Part shown: positions 1 to 10,357 of the stretch, piece by piece
How the letters are laid out: each line of letters begins with the position of its first letter
Position numbering within the stretch: the first letter of the stretch is position 1
Source of the DNA: Elusimicrobia bacterium GWB2_63_16
GTDB lineage: Bacteria; Elusimicrobiota; Elusimicrobia; Elusimicrobiales; UBA9959
Direction of reading: 5' to 3'
DNA: 64,000 nucleotides
Assembly: GCA_001799715.1 (NCBI GenBank)
Contig: MGTZ01000041.1
Span: 35,420 to 99,419, forward strand
Translations under genes and position numbers: made by a program
The notes under the pieces: generated by a model
Database searches by the model: none
What the model was told of the DNA's origin: nothing
The model's input: the letters and a program-made list of their open reading frames with translations, nothing else

Positions 1-258
1 TCCGACCTGCTCTTTACCGCCGACTGGAGCAAGGTCATCAAGGAGGACGGCTATTTACAGGCAGGCTTCGAGGCCAACATGCTGCTGCCGCAGCGCATAC
101 TGCTCAGTCTGCGCGCCGGCTACCTGTTCGACCGCGAGGAGGAGGGCCTGACTTTCGGTTTCGGCTTCAGGAGCGGGCGCTGGACCTTCGCTTTCGGCTT
201 CGAGACCCCCAAGAAACTGGACGCCCGCCGCCCGGTCTCGGTCACTTACGACTTCTAG
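1..258 (+). CDS. C-terminal fragment of outer-membrane beta-barrel protein (PorV/PorQ-like)
   Basis: Frame 1 open to TAG at 256-258: ...LSLRAGYLFDREEEGLTFGFGF...PVSVTYDF*. Alternating beta-strand pattern and terminal Phe. Confidence 0.6.
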   Translation, partial: SDLLFTADWSKVIKEDGYLQAGFEANMLLPQRILLSLRAGYLFDREEEGLTFGFGFRSGRWTFAFGFETPKKLDARRPVSVTYDF

Positions 259-333
259 TCAATAAAAAACCCGGCGGGAAGCCGGGGCTGTTGAATGCCG
301 GGCCCCGCAGGGGCCCGGTATCTTTATCTTTCG

Positions 334-1491
334 TCAGCGCGCAGGGGCGAGTTTCGCCCGGATATCCATGAGCGCGGCATCCAGCGCTCTCGCGGACTCT
401 ACGATAACATGGGGTTCTATCCCGTGGTCCTCGATGGGCGTGCCGTCGGGCTGCAGCTGTATCCAGGTGGGGATGCGCACCGAGCCGCTGCTGTAGGGCA
501 GCGGTATCGTGACCGGGTACCCGCTGCTGCCCATAGTGGTCTCGCCGTAAAGCCTGGCCATCCCGCTGAACTTGAACATCACCGCTGAACCTTCGCAGGA
601 ACTCACGCAGCGGCCGTCCACCAGCATGGCCACCGGACCCCTGAAGGGAGAATCACCGCGCGGATTAATCATGCCGGAGGAGAGGGGCGTCCAGCCGGGA
701 TGTTCCGGGTCCTCTTCCAGTTCTCCGTAGCGGGCCAGCGTCTCGCTGGAGATCTTGATGGTTACCTTGCCGGTCGGGATCGGGTGGTCTACAAGTAAAG
801 AGATATAGGCCCGGGTGTAACCGTCGTTGCCGCCGCCGTTGCCGCGCATGTCCACCACCAGCGCCCGCGCCGTTTTCGCCATCTCCAGGCTTTCCCCCAG
901 GCCTTTCTCGAACTCTTCCTGCTCGCCGTAAAGGCGAGAAACCCGGGTTATCAGTATGCCGTCCCCGGTGAGGGTGTTCACCACCGCCGGCGGCAGCTGG
1001 GGATTTTGCTGCGGCAGGCCGTCATAGAAATAGGCGCCGAGGTGGGGATCGCTGAAAAGCCGTATAAAGGACTGGACGGCGGCCCGATATTCCGCGTCCG
1101 AACCGGCCGCCCGTACCCGGGAAAGATAGTCGCTCCTAATTGCCGCGTAGGAGAAACCGAAAAGACGCTGCTTGTTCTCGAGGTGGGAATAAACAGTTTC
1201 CATCTTTCCCAGGATGAAGAGGAACTCGGCTTCACGTTCCGCGGCCGTAAGCGGCGCGCGCCTGGAGGCCGCGCGGAAGGGGATCTCGAATACGCCCGGA
1301 GCTACGGTTTCGCCTGAGAGGGGGTTAAGCCCGGCTTGGCCGCCGGCGGCCGCTATGCCGGCCGGCAGGGCTGGCGTTGCGCCGCTGAAAGAGGCGGAGC
1401 CGCCGGTCCTGCCATCGAAGTTGAGGTCGAGCGCCGGGGCTTTGGCCGCCGCCGCCAGGATTATGAAAACCGCGAATATGTTTTTTTTCAT
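334..1491 (-). CDS. Secreted S41 family peptidase
   Basis: Signal peptide MKKNIFAVFIILAAAAKAPA; motifs DPH, VDMRGNGGG, SSCE, GETTMG, IEDHGIEP. Confidence 0.85.
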   Translation of the reverse strand: MKKNIFAVFIILAAAAKAPALDLNFDGRTGGSASFSGATPALPAGIAAAGGQAGLNPLSGETVAPGVFEIPFRAASRRAPLTAAEREAEFLFILGKMETVYSHLENKQRLFGFSYAAIRSDYLSRVRAAGSDAEYRAAVQSFIRLFSDPHLGAYFYDGLPQQNPQLPPAVVNTLTGDGILITRVSRLYGEQEEFEKGLGESLEMAKTARALVVDMRGNGGGNDGYTRAYISLLVDHPIPTGKVTIKISSETLARYGELEEDPEHPGWTPLSSGMINPRGDSPFRGPVAMLVDGRCVSSCEGSAVMFKFSGMARLYGETTMGSSGYPVTIPLPYSSGSVRIPTWIQLQPDGTPIEDHGIEPHVIVESARALDAALMDIRAKLAPAR

Positions 1492-1533
1492 GCCGATCAA
1501 AACGGAGCAATATTTATGCCGACCCCCCATGCG

Positions 1534-2304
1534 TCAGGGGGCGCGGTAGAGGCGTATGCCGGCGGCTATGGCGCCGGCCATGCGCTCCTGGCCGCCCTCG
1601 CTCTTGATGAAGGCCGCGTCCTGTTTGTTGGTGAGCACCGCCATCTCTATCGTGACGGTGGGGATCTCCGAGAAGATGGAATAGGTCAGCGCGCCCTGGC
1701 GCGAGCCCACCGCCGTGCGAGAATCGCCGCGCACGCCCTGCGGGCGCAGCGCGCCGGCCAGGCCTTCGGTCATGCCGGCGGCCAGCGCGTCGGCCAGCGG
1801 GCGGCTGCCGGTAATAACTCCAGAGGCCGGGCCGCGGGTGCCGTTCTCGGGATCGTTCTTGTAATCGTAGACTCCGGGCCGGTCGGGGTAGTACAGGGCG
1901 AAGCCGGTGCCGGGGGTGCTCTCGCAGTGCAGGTGCACCGCCAGCGCCGCGCCGTTATTGCACAGGCGGGCGCGGTCCTTGTTCTCCACGTAATGCAGCT
2001 CGGCGTTGCGGGTCAGCAGCACGTCGTAGCCCTGTTCCTTGAGGATGCGCTCCAGACGCAACCCCACCTGCCAGTTTATCCTGTTCTCGTTGGTGCCGTT
2101 GACCATGGTGGTGGCGGCGTTGAAGGTGTTGGGGTGGCCCGGATCCACGCAGATCAGCTGGCGGGCGCGCTGCGGCACAGGGACCGCGGGCAGCGAGGCG
2201 GTGACCAGTTCGCCGCCGGGCAGCTCGTCCAGGGCGGCGGCAACGGTCCGGAGCGGGGAGCTCAGGGTTATCGCGGCCAGCAGGGGGAGTATCAGGTTTT
2301 TCAT
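1534..2304 (-). CDS. N-acetylmuramoyl-L-alanine amidase (Amidase_3), secreted
   Basis: ICVDPGH, ENRIN, LLTR, VHLHC, TIEM motifs; signal peptide. Confidence 0.9.
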   Translation of the reverse strand: MKNLILPLLAAITLSSPLRTVAAALDELPGGELVTASLPAVPVPQRARQLICVDPGHPNTFNAATTMVNGTNENRINWQVGLRLERILKEQGYDVLLTRNAELHYVENKDRARLCNNGAALAVHLHCESTPGTGFALYYPDRPGVYDYKNDPENGTRGPASGVITGSRPLADALAAGMTEGLAGALRPQGVRGDSRTAVGSRQGALTYSIFSEIPTVTIEMAVLTNKQDAAFIKSEGGQERMAGAIAAGIRLYRAP

Positions 2305-2323
2305 ATTCTTCGCGCCTATATAA

Positions 2324-2351
2324 AGTCTATCAGGCGCAGAAAAAGTGTCAA
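2324..2351 (-). promoter_or_regulatory. Sigma70-type promoter of amidase
   Basis: Minus strand TTGACA-N16-TAGACT. Confidence 0.6.
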
Positions 2352-2398
2352 GGGCCGACAGGCCCGGTCGGTAGTGGGACTGACCGGCGGGCCCTGTC

Positions 2399-2423
2399 CC
2401 TATCGAGGCGAAGCCTCGATAGG
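2399..2423. repeat. REP-like palindrome CCTATCGAGGC-GAA-GCCTCGATAGG (copy 1 of 3)
   Basis: Perfect 11-bp stem; recurs at 36082-36105 and 39241-39261. Confidence 0.75.
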
Positions 2424-2425
2424 TG

Positions 2426-2459
2426 ACGACACGCCCTTGTCGGGGTGCCGTGCTATACT
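2426..2459 (+). promoter_or_regulatory. Putative WYL-activator (-26) promoter of recQ
   Basis: ACGACA-N6-TGTCGG-N10-TATACT; ATG 8 nt after the -10, so probably leaderless. Confidence 0.7.
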
Positions 2460-2466
2460 ATTAGGG

Positions 2467-4314
2467 ATGAGTCCGGAAGAAATACTGAAAAAACGCTGGG
2501 GCTACGACGCCTTCAAGCCGCTGCAGCGCGAGGCCATAGAGGCCGCGCTGGCCGGCCGCGACTCGCTGGTGGTGCTGCCCACCGGCGGCGGCAAAAGCCT
2601 CTGCTACCAGCTGCCGGCCGTGGCCGGGCAAGGCCTGGTGCTGGTGGTCTCCCCGCTCATCGCCCTGATGGACGACCAGGTGGCCGCCGCCCGCGAGGCG
2701 GGCCTGGCCGCCGACGCGTTGCATTCCAATTTAAAAGTCGGCCCCAAGCGCGAAGTTTACGCCAACCTCAACAACGGGACCACCGAACTGCTCTATGTCA
2801 GCCCCGAGCGGCTGCTGGCCGGCGACCTGTACGAGGCCATAGCCCCGCGCCTGATACTCGCGGCCGTGGACGAGGCGCACTGCGTGTCGCACTGGGGCCA
2901 CGAGTTCCGCCCCGAGTACCGCAAGCTGACCGAGGCGCTGGACCTGTTCCCCAAGGCCGCCCGCATGGCCCTCACCGCCACCGCCACGCCCGCCGTGCGC
3001 CAGGACATACTGGAGCGGCTGGGCCTGCGCTCCCCCGAGATTTTAGTGGGCCACCCGGACCGGCCCAACTTGGTTTACCGCGCCTTCCCGCGCCGCGACC
3101 AGATCAAGCAGGTGCTCGAGGCCGTGCGCCGCCATCCCGGCGAGGGGGGCATAGTGTACGCCCAGACCCGCAAGGACGTGGAGCGCCTGGCCGCCAAGCT
3201 CAAAGAGGAAGGCGTCTCCTGCGCGCCCTACCACGCCGGCCTCGGCGCCGAGGAGCGCCGCCAGGCCCAGCACGATTTCGTCAACGAGCGGCTGGACGTG
3301 ATAGTGGCCACCATCGCCTTCGGCATGGGCATAGACCGCTCCAACGTGCGCTACGTCATCCACGCCAACACGCCCCGCTCCGTGGAGCATTACCAGCAGG
3401 AGAGCGGCCGCGCCGGCCGCGACGGCCAGCCGGCCGAATGCACGCTGCTGTTCTCGGCGTCGGACCTGGCCACCCACCGCTGGCTGGCCAAGAAGGATTT
3501 TACGCTGCCGCCCGAGCGCCTGAAGGCGCTGGAGAAACAGCTGCGCGACATAGGCCGCTACGCCTCGGCGCCCGTCTGCCGCCACGGCCTGCTGGCCGCC
3601 CATTTCAGCGCGCCCTACCCGGCGGACGGCCGCGCCCAGGACGGCTGCGGCGCCTGCGACGTCTGCCTGGGCGAGACCAAGGGCCTGCCCGACGACGAGG
3701 CCCTGCTGACCGCCAAGAAGGTGCTCTCGGCCGCCTGGCGCGCCGAGGGCCGCTACGGCACCGGCTACGTGGTGAATTTGCTGCTGGGCCGCCCCAACGA
3801 CCGCATGGCCGCCAACGGGCACGACAAGCTGCAGGTGTTCGGCCTGCTCAAGGAGGCCGGCGAGCCCGCCGTGCGCTCCTGGATAGACCAATTGATAGTA
3901 CAGGATTTCCTGGAAGTCACCGAGGACAGCGAATACCCGCTGCTGCGCATCACCGCCGAGGGCCGCGCCCTCTGCCAGGACCGCGGCAGCGTTAAACTGG
4001 GCCAGCCGGCGCCGGCCGGCAAGGCCAAGAAGAAGCCCAAGGCCCTCAAGGCCGTGGCCGGAGACTTCTCGGACGCCGACGAAGCCGTGTTCCACCGCCT
4101 GCGCGCCCTGCGCCGGGCGCTGGCCGACAAGGCCGGCATCCCGCCCTACGTCATCTGCCACGACTCCGCCCTGGTGGAGATGGCCGCCGCCAGGCCCGCC
4201 ACGCCGGAGGCGCTGCTGGAGATCAAGGGCATGGGCGAGAAGCGCGTGCAGAAATACGGCGCCGCTTTCCTGGCCGCCGTGGCCGGCCAGGGTGACCTGC
4301 CGGAAGCCGACTGA
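2467..4314 (+). CDS. recQ: ATP-dependent DNA helicase RecQ
   Basis: LPTGGGKSLCYQLP, DEAHCVSHWGHEFRPEY, ATIAFGMGID, QESGRAGRDG, Zn-binding, RQC and HRDC domains; start at ATG 2467. Confidence 0.97.
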   Translation: MSPEEILKKRWGYDAFKPLQREAIEAALAGRDSLVVLPTGGGKSLCYQLPAVAGQGLVLVVSPLIALMDDQVAAAREAGLAADALHSNLKVGPKREVYANLNNGTTELLYVSPERLLAGDLYEAIAPRLILAAVDEAHCVSHWGHEFRPEYRKLTEALDLFPKAARMALTATATPAVRQDILERLGLRSPEILVGHPDRPNLVYRAFPRRDQIKQVLEAVRRHPGEGGIVYAQTRKDVERLAAKLKEEGVSCAPYHAGLGAEERRQAQHDFVNERLDVIVATIAFGMGIDRSNVRYVIHANTPRSVEHYQQESGRAGRDGQPAECTLLFSASDLATHRWLAKKDFTLPPERLKALEKQLRDIGRYASAPVCRHGLLAAHFSAPYPADGRAQDGCGACDVCLGETKGLPDDEALLTAKKVLSAAWRAEGRYGTGYVVNLLLGRPNDRMAANGHDKLQVFGLLKEAGEPAVRSWIDQLIVQDFLEVTEDSEYPLLRITAEGRALCQDRGSVKLGQPAPAGKAKKKPKALKAVAGDFSDADEAVFHRLRALRRALADKAGIPPYVICHDSALVEMAAARPATPEALLEIKGMGEKRVQKYGAAFLAAVAGQGDLPEAD

Positions 4315-4421
4315 GGGCCGCCGGCGCCGCGCAATTCATGGGCTTTAACTTGAACCGCTAAATTACTATTTCATAACATATCTTTCGTTAAGGCTGTTGC
4401 TTTGGGTTGCTACAGGGGACG

Positions 4422-5543
4422 ATGAGACTTCTTCTTATACTGCTTCTCGCAGCGCCGGTGTTTTTTGTTCCGGACTGCGGCGCCACTCCGCCTAAGGCTC
4501 TTCTTTCCGCCAGGGAAGCCATCCTCTCGTCCACCGGAACCCCCCAGGCGGCGTTCCTGAAATACGTAGAGGCCTCTAAAAACACCATCGCCGCGCCGGC
4601 GGTGGCCGAATACGCCTATGCGCTGGCCTACGCTGGCATGGGCGAGGCCGCGCTTTACAACATCGACCGGGCGCTGATAACCGAGCCGCTGAACGCGGAA
4701 GTGCGTTTCTACCTGGCGGAGTTGCTCAACGCCGCCGGGCTGGAGGAAGCCTCCTCGGAGCAGTCCGCCCCGGTCCCCGCCTGGCTCGGGGGGAAGCCGC
4801 TCAAGCTGCCTGCGCTGGAGGTGACGGTGCCCGACGGCGATATGGAGCGCGCATCCGCCGCCATCGGCCTGCTGATGGCTCAAAGGCGTTACGCCGAAAG
4901 CGCGGTACTTTACGACAGGCTGTGCGCGAAGCTGCCAGCGGAGCCGCGCTGCCGGGCTGGCTACGCTATCTGCCTTGAAAAGCTGGGCGCATACCGCTCG
5001 GCCGCGGCCGAGGCCGGAAAGGATCTCGCCTTGAGCAGTTCAACGGAGCATAAAGCGGCGGCGGAAGACTACATCTCCGATCTGGGGAAGCGACCGCCGC
5101 TCACTTATTCTTCGGCTAAAACCACCCTCAAAGGACGTTACCTTGCCTATCTGGGCGGGAGCCTGACCAGGGCGGACGGCCGCAGCCTCACGGCGGTGAG
5201 CGCCAGGCTCGGGCGTTTTCTCAGCGAGCGCGTGGACGTCTCGCTGAACGCCGCCCTGACCGGGGGGCGGGAGGATGGCGATTACAACGGCGTGACGCTG
5301 GGCGTAAGCGGGCGCTACAACAAGCCGCTCGGCCTGACTCCGCTTAACTGGACTTTGGCGGCAAAGCTGGAGCGCGTGCCCGCGCCCGAAAAGAACACAA
5401 GCCTGCTGCTTTCCCCCGGTTTAAGCTACTTCACGGCGTCTGGTTCCCTCGATCTGTACCTCGATATAGCTCTCGCGGGAGCCTTCAGCGGCAGCAGGAC
5501 TCTCTCGCTGGGCTACACGGTTTACTTCGGAGGCGGAAAATGA
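4422..5543 (+). CDS. Secreted TPR protein with C-terminal beta-barrel-like domain
   Basis: Signal peptide, TPR-like helices, amphipathic beta-strands ending LSLGYTVYF; ATGA overlap with the next gene. Confidence 0.7.
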   Translation: MRLLLILLLAAPVFFVPDCGATPPKALLSAREAILSSTGTPQAAFLKYVEASKNTIAAPAVAEYAYALAYAGMGEAALYNIDRALITEPLNAEVRFYLAELLNAAGLEEASSEQSAPVPAWLGGKPLKLPALEVTVPDGDMERASAAIGLLMAQRRYAESAVLYDRLCAKLPAEPRCRAGYAICLEKLGAYRSAAAEAGKDLALSSSTEHKAAAEDYISDLGKRPPLTYSSAKTTLKGRYLAYLGGSLTRADGRSLTAVSARLGRFLSERVDVSLNAALTGGREDGDYNGVTLGVSGRYNKPLGLTPLNWTLAAKLERVPAPEKNTSLLLSPGLSYFTASGSLDLYLDIALAGAFSGSRTLSLGYTVYFGGGK

Positions 5544-6262
5544 CCCGGTCCGCGCTGCTCTGCCTGGCGGGCATAGCCGCTTTCCGCCTGGCCGCGGCCG
5601 CGGCCGAGCCCGTAGCCTTTGTCGGGACGCCGGCGGCGTCCGGCGGCGTGGTGCGCCTGAAGGCAGCCGAACCGTATTTGAAGTGGAAGAAAGCCGAGCG
5701 CAAGGCCGCCGTAGAGGCTGAGTCACGCGCGTACTCGGGCGTAGGCGCGGCCGTGGTGGAGTACCCCGGTGGCGGCGAGATCTGGACCGTAGAGGCGGGC
5801 AGCGCCACACTGGCGGATTCGTGGTCGCGCGGCGGCATGCGCTTCGGCCGGCGCGCGCGCAAGGCGGGCCGCTGGTTCGGCCACGTGGGCGGCCAGTTCG
5901 TGCGCGGGGGCGACCTGCCGTCCAACGGCTGGACCGGCCGCCTCGGCACGACCCTCTTCAAAGACCGCTACGACGCGGCGCTGGCTGTGTCGCGCAACAC
6001 GTTCACCGAGTCCGACGACTCGGCGGTGACCACGCTTGGCCTGACCGTGCGCGCGCTGTATCCCTACACCGAGCACGCCGGTTTCAACCTTGGCCTCCAG
6101 CTTGACCGGGTGAGTTACACAGGTTACAGTAACGTTTCGCCCTCGGCGGTCGGGGGCATAAACATCTACCTGCCGGGCGGCAGCTTTGACGTCAGCCTGA
6201 GCTGTGGCGAGGCGGGGCGCCTGTCGCTGCTGGCCGGCTACACGGTATACATCACCAAATGA
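5540..6262 (+). CDS. Putative small outer-membrane beta-barrel protein
   Basis: Signal peptide; beta-strands ending LLAGYTVYITK, similar to the C-terminus of the upstream gene. Confidence 0.65.
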   Translation: MTRSALLCLAGIAAFRLAAAAAEPVAFVGTPAASGGVVRLKAAEPYLKWKKAERKAAVEAESRAYSGVGAAVVEYPGGGEIWTVEAGSATLADSWSRGGMRFGRRARKAGRWFGHVGGQFVRGGDLPSNGWTGRLGTTLFKDRYDAALAVSRNTFTESDDSAVTTLGLTVRALYPYTEHAGFNLGLQLDRVSYTGYSNVSPSAVGGINIYLPGGSFDVSLSCGEAGRLSLLAGYTVYITK

Positions 6263-9200
6263 TACGCGCCAGAACACTGCTCATCCCATTGCTGACGCTC
6301 CTGGCGTCCGGCTCCGGTGCGGCGACGCTTTCCGGGACCTGCAAAGTGACGGGGAACAGTTTCTCTTCTCCGTACGGCTACTGCGAACAGACTTTCGCGT
6401 TCTCGAGCGTCGAGCTTAGCGATGCCGACTGCCAGCTGTACAAGGCGCAGATGGACGGCGAAGCCTGCCGCGCGGTCGCGCCGTCCGGCGCCTGTAACTT
6501 TACGGCGGGCTATCTGCTGAGCGCCAACTGCAGCGGCGGCGGTTCAGGCTCCGGCTCCTGGTTCGGCGGCAGCGCGTTCTCGCTCGAACCGTTCGCCAGG
6601 CTCAATCCGTTCGGCCCGGAAGAGGGCGAGGCGTTCTACTCCGGCCACTACGGCTCCGGCCTGGAGGATTGGCGCGACGACGCGCTGGAGCGGTGGCGCG
6701 CCTACCTGGCCCGCAACGCATTGGCCAAGGAAACCGGCGTGTTCATCGGGCCGGACAATCCGTTCGCCCGGTCGCTGGAGTGGCTCTACCGGGCCCTGGC
6801 CGGCTCCAAACAGCCGGCCGCGCAGGTGGCGGGCACGTTCACCAATCTCGACTCCTCGCCGGAAACTGCGAGTTCCGCGCGTTACCAGGAAGACTTCGTG
6901 GGCAAGACGGTGCCGCTCCTGCGCGGCGAGGACGCATCCGGCCCTGCTGATGGCGGCTTCTCCGCGGTGAGCGGCAATAATCACGTGGCCGCGCATTGCC
7001 AGAGCGAGCCCGCGCTTTCCATCCCGCCTAGCTTCGGGGTTTCGTACGATTCCCTCTATGGCGGCCGGTCCGAGACCATCGGCCTGGCGCTGGAGCGCTT
7101 CCCCGACGGGCGGGCGGTATTTACGGACGGTTCCAACACCCGCTGGACGTTCAGGCCGTACGGGAAGCTGTCCCCGAAAAAAGGCGATAACTATTATCGT
7201 CCTCCCCTCGGTTCGCCCTACCGCCTGCTACTGGGCAAGCGCGGCTACCGCGTGGAGACTCCGGATGGCGACGTGATAGAGTTTTCGCCCGCGCCCGGTG
7301 AAGAGCGCTGGCGCCCCAGCCGCTACAACGCCGCTGACGGCAGCTGGCTCACCTATGCCTACGGCCCCAATGGTCTCGCCCGCATCACGGATATGCACGG
7401 CCGCTACTACGCTTTCGAACGCGACGCTAAAGGCCTGCCCCTGAGCGTCACCGACCAGAGCGGCAGGAAGACGGTCTTCGCCTACGACGCCCAGGGCCGG
7501 ACCACGGAAGTGGCCTCGCCCGACGGCTTTAAAAAACGTTTCGATTACAACGCCGCCGGCCAGCTGACCGCCGTGAAGAGCGGCTCCCTCGCCGAGGAGC
7601 GGTTTACTTATGATGCCTCCGGCCGGGTGCTTACCTCGGAGGCGGCGGGCGGCGTGAACCGCCTTGAGCATTACTATAACGACGCCGCCTCGAAGACCGT
7701 AATCACTGACGGGCTGGGGAGCCGGACAGAGTATTCCTATGTGAACGAATACGGCCGCAAGTTGACCACCGGGATCACGGACGCACTGGGCGGCCGGGTT
7801 TCCCTGTCATACGACCCGAATTACAACCTCGCCTCCGCCACCGACCAGCTTGGCCGCACCGTGAAGTATATTCGTAACTCCAACGGCGACCCCGAGGTTA
7901 TTACCGATGCTATCGGCAGCACTTCTACCATCCAGTACCAGGTAAAGCGCAAGTACCACGACGCCGCCGGAGAGCATGCCGACTATTATTCCAGGCCCAT
8001 AAGAATAGCCGACGCGCTGGGACGCGTTACCAGCCTGGGGTATGACAAGTACGGCAACCTCGCCAAGACCGTGGACGCTCTTGGCAACGGGACGGAGATG
8101 GACTACGACAAAGCCGGGCATATGTTGAGCCTGCGCGACGCTACGGGGGCCACTTACAGTTATGAGTACGGCAGGGGCCTGTCCCGGAGCGTCGACCCCC
8201 TGGGACGGGCGACCAGGTATCAGCGCGACGCCGAGGGCCGCGTGGCGCTGCTCACCGACCCGCTGGGCAGGAACACCTCTTTCACCTACGACCTCAGCGG
8301 CAACGTCACCTCCGTCACCAACCCGCAGAACTTCGTCATAAAATTCGCTTATGGCGACGGTGCCTGCCCGTCTTGCGCCGGCGGGCAGCTTGCGTCCCTT
8401 ACCGACCCCAAGGGCAATACCTGGGCTTTCAATTACGACCAGTACGGCAGGCTGAGCGATACCGCCAACCCACTTGGCCAGAAGAAAACCTATCAGTACG
8501 ACATGATGTCACGCGTGACCGAAGTGAGAGACCCGGCGGAGAATCTCACTACCTATGCCTACGACGCGATGGGCAGGCTTACCAGAAAGGACATAGAATC
8601 CCCTTCCGGCGGGCACGCAGTAACGACCTACGTCTATGACAAGACGGGGAATCTTTTGAACGCCGCCAACGGCAACGGCATGGTCAGCTTCACTTACGAC
8701 GCACTTAACCGCCCTGTAAAGACAGAGCAGCTGTTCGCCGGCAGGTCCTACGCCATCGCCTACGCCTACGACGCTGTGGGCAACCGCACCAGCATGACCA
8801 CGCCGTGGGGGAAATATACCTACACCTACGATGCCCTGAACAGGCAGACGGGGATAGTTAACCCGCAGGGGATAAACGTGTCATTCGGCTACGACGCTGT
8901 CGGCCGCCGCACCAGCAAGAAGATATTCAAGACCACGCCGGAACTCCTGGCCGAGACCAGTTATTCCTACGACGCCGCGGGGCAGTTGCTCAATATCACC
9001 AACAAGGCGGGCGGCAAGGTTGTGGCCTTTACCAACTACCAATACGACGCCGCCGGCAACCGCGTTAAGAAGGAAGACCGGGACGGCACGACGCAGTACC
9101 GGTACGATGCCTCCAACCGCCTCATCACGGCGGAGCCAGTCCCGATGAAGATGGAGGATGCCGAAGTCTTCATCTACGACCGTAACGGCAACCGCCGCTA

Positions 9201-10353
9201 CGATAAGGGTGCCTGGGATTACAAATACGACGCGGCCAATCGTCTCTTGGAGAACTCCACCTACACCTACACCCACGACCTCAACGGCAATCTGACCGGC
9301 CGTGCCGACAAGCGGGACAATAGCACAATCACCTACGTCTACAACCCGGAGCAGCAACTTTCAGAAGTCATAACCCCTGAGCACAAGGTGCAGTATAAGT
9401 ACGACCCGCTGGGCCGCCGCCTTGAAAAGTCAGTGGACGGCAATATTGTGAGATTCTTCTCAGATGGACAGGATATTATCGCGGACCTTAACGCCGCCGG
9501 CAACCCTATAAACATCTACATCAACGGTCCAGGCATTGACGAGCCGCTGGTGATGACCAAGCCGGACGGCAAGAGCTACTACTATCATGCCGACGCCTTA
9601 GGAAGCGTAATAGCGATTGCGGACGATAGTAACCAAATTGTCGAAACCTACAGCTATAAAGCCTACGGGCAGCCGACGATAAAGGACGTCCAGGGCCAGA
9701 CCATCGAAAGCTCAACCATCGGCAACACTAGGATGTTCGCAGCCAGAGAGTATGAGAGTGAAAGCGGGTTGTACAGCAATCGCCACCGCTACTTAGACCC
9801 AGGCAGAGGCGCATTCACGCAGGAAGATTCTATAGGGTTTGTAGGCGGAAATTCAAATTTATATGTTTATGCGAAAAATCTGCCAAGCAAATATTCGGAC
9901 TCAACGGGCTATATTTTAGAAGAGGCAAAGTTGTGGTGGAAGGGTTTTGGATGGCATACCCATCAGGAAATTATTGATATCTACGCGAAAGATTTTAATC
10001 TTGCTAACGCGAGATTTGTGTTTTATAAACCCGATCTGCAAGCGGAGGGGCACACCTATTATAAGTACGGTGTAACTGGGGTTGCAATATCTGAAGTTGC
10101 TTTTACCAACCCTGGCTGGCTGAAATCAACAATTGGACATGAAGCTCAGCATGTGCAGGATATAGAGGCTATAAAAGCACATAAAATGGGTGGGGCGGAG
10201 GCTGAGGTCAGGGCATATGGGTGGGAATTAACCGCTGGATATATAAAAACAGATTCTGACGATATTCTGTCTGTCCTGGAGCAGTATCAAAAGAATTACA
10301 GTCTGCTCTCTCCAGAGTTGAAGAAGAAGTACTCAAGATGTCCAGGGAACTAG
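6259..10353 (+). CDS. Rhs/YD-repeat polymorphic toxin with signal peptide and C-terminal HExxH metallopeptidase-like tip
   Basis: Many YD repeats; Rhs core end RYLDPGRGAFTQEDSIG...PSKYSDSTG; tip GHEAQH...EAEVRAY; GC drops at the tip. Confidence 0.92.
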   Translation: MIRARTLLIPLLTLLASGSGAATLSGTCKVTGNSFSSPYGYCEQTFAFSSVELSDADCQLYKAQMDGEACRAVAPSGACNFTAGYLLSANCSGGGSGSGSWFGGSAFSLEPFARLNPFGPEEGEAFYSGHYGSGLEDWRDDALERWRAYLARNALAKETGVFIGPDNPFARSLEWLYRALAGSKQPAAQVAGTFTNLDSSPETASSARYQEDFVGKTVPLLRGEDASGPADGGFSAVSGNNHVAAHCQSEPALSIPPSFGVSYDSLYGGRSETIGLALERFPDGRAVFTDGSNTRWTFRPYGKLSPKKGDNYYRPPLGSPYRLLLGKRGYRVETPDGDVIEFSPAPGEERWRPSRYNAADGSWLTYAYGPNGLARITDMHGRYYAFERDAKGLPLSVTDQSGRKTVFAYDAQGRTTEVASPDGFKKRFDYNAAGQLTAVKSGSLAEERFTYDASGRVLTSEAAGGVNRLEHYYNDAASKTVITDGLGSRTEYSYVNEYGRKLTTGITDALGGRVSLSYDPNYNLASATDQLGRTVKYIRNSNGDPEVITDAIGSTSTIQYQVKRKYHDAAGEHADYYSRPIRIADALGRVTSLGYDKYGNLAKTVDALGNGTEMDYDKAGHMLSLRDATGATYSYEYGRGLSRSVDPLGRATRYQRDAEGRVALLTDPLGRNTSFTYDLSGNVTSVTNPQNFVIKFAYGDGACPSCAGGQLASLTDPKGNTWAFNYDQYGRLSDTANPLGQKKTYQYDMMSRVTEVRDPAENLTTYAYDAMGRLTRKDIESPSGGHAVTTYVYDKTGNLLNAANGNGMVSFTYDALNRPVKTEQLFAGRSYAIAYAYDAVGNRTSMTTPWGKYTYTYDALNRQTGIVNPQGINVSFGYDAVGRRTSKKIFKTTPELLAETSYSYDAAGQLLNITNKAGGKVVAFTNYQYDAAGNRVKKEDRDGTTQYRYDASNRLITAEPVPMKMEDAEVFIYDRNGNRRYDKGAWDYKYDAANRLLENSTYTYTHDLNGNLTGRADKRDNSTITYVYNPEQQLSEVITPEHKVQYKYDPLGRRLEKSVDGNIVRFFSDGQDIIADLNAAGNPINIYINGPGIDEPLVMTKPDGKSYYYHADALGSVIAIADDSNQIVETYSYKAYGQPTIKDVQGQTIESSTIGNTRMFAAREYESESGLYSNRHRYLDPGRGAFTQEDSIGFVGGNSNLYVYAKNLPSKYSDSTGYILEEAKLWWKGFGWHTHQEIIDIYAKDFNLANARFVFYKPDLQAEGHTYYKYGVTGVAISEVAFTNPGWLKSTIGHEAQHVQDIEAIKAHKMGGAEAEVRAYGWELTAGYIKTDSDDILSVLEQYQKNYSLLSPELKKKYSRCPGN
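8461..8817 (+). repeat. Near-identical direct repeat shared with orphan Rhs (12203-12559)
   Basis: About 357 bp with few mismatches; offset 3742 bp. A second identical 54-bp block lies at 9367-9420 / 13109-13162. Confidence 0.9.
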
Positions 10354-10357
10354 TTTT

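Noticed and set aside
1336..2466. 992-aa extended RecQ N-terminus
   Set aside because: It is an antisense shadow of the amidase gene. The RecQ domain and promoter point to ATG 2467.
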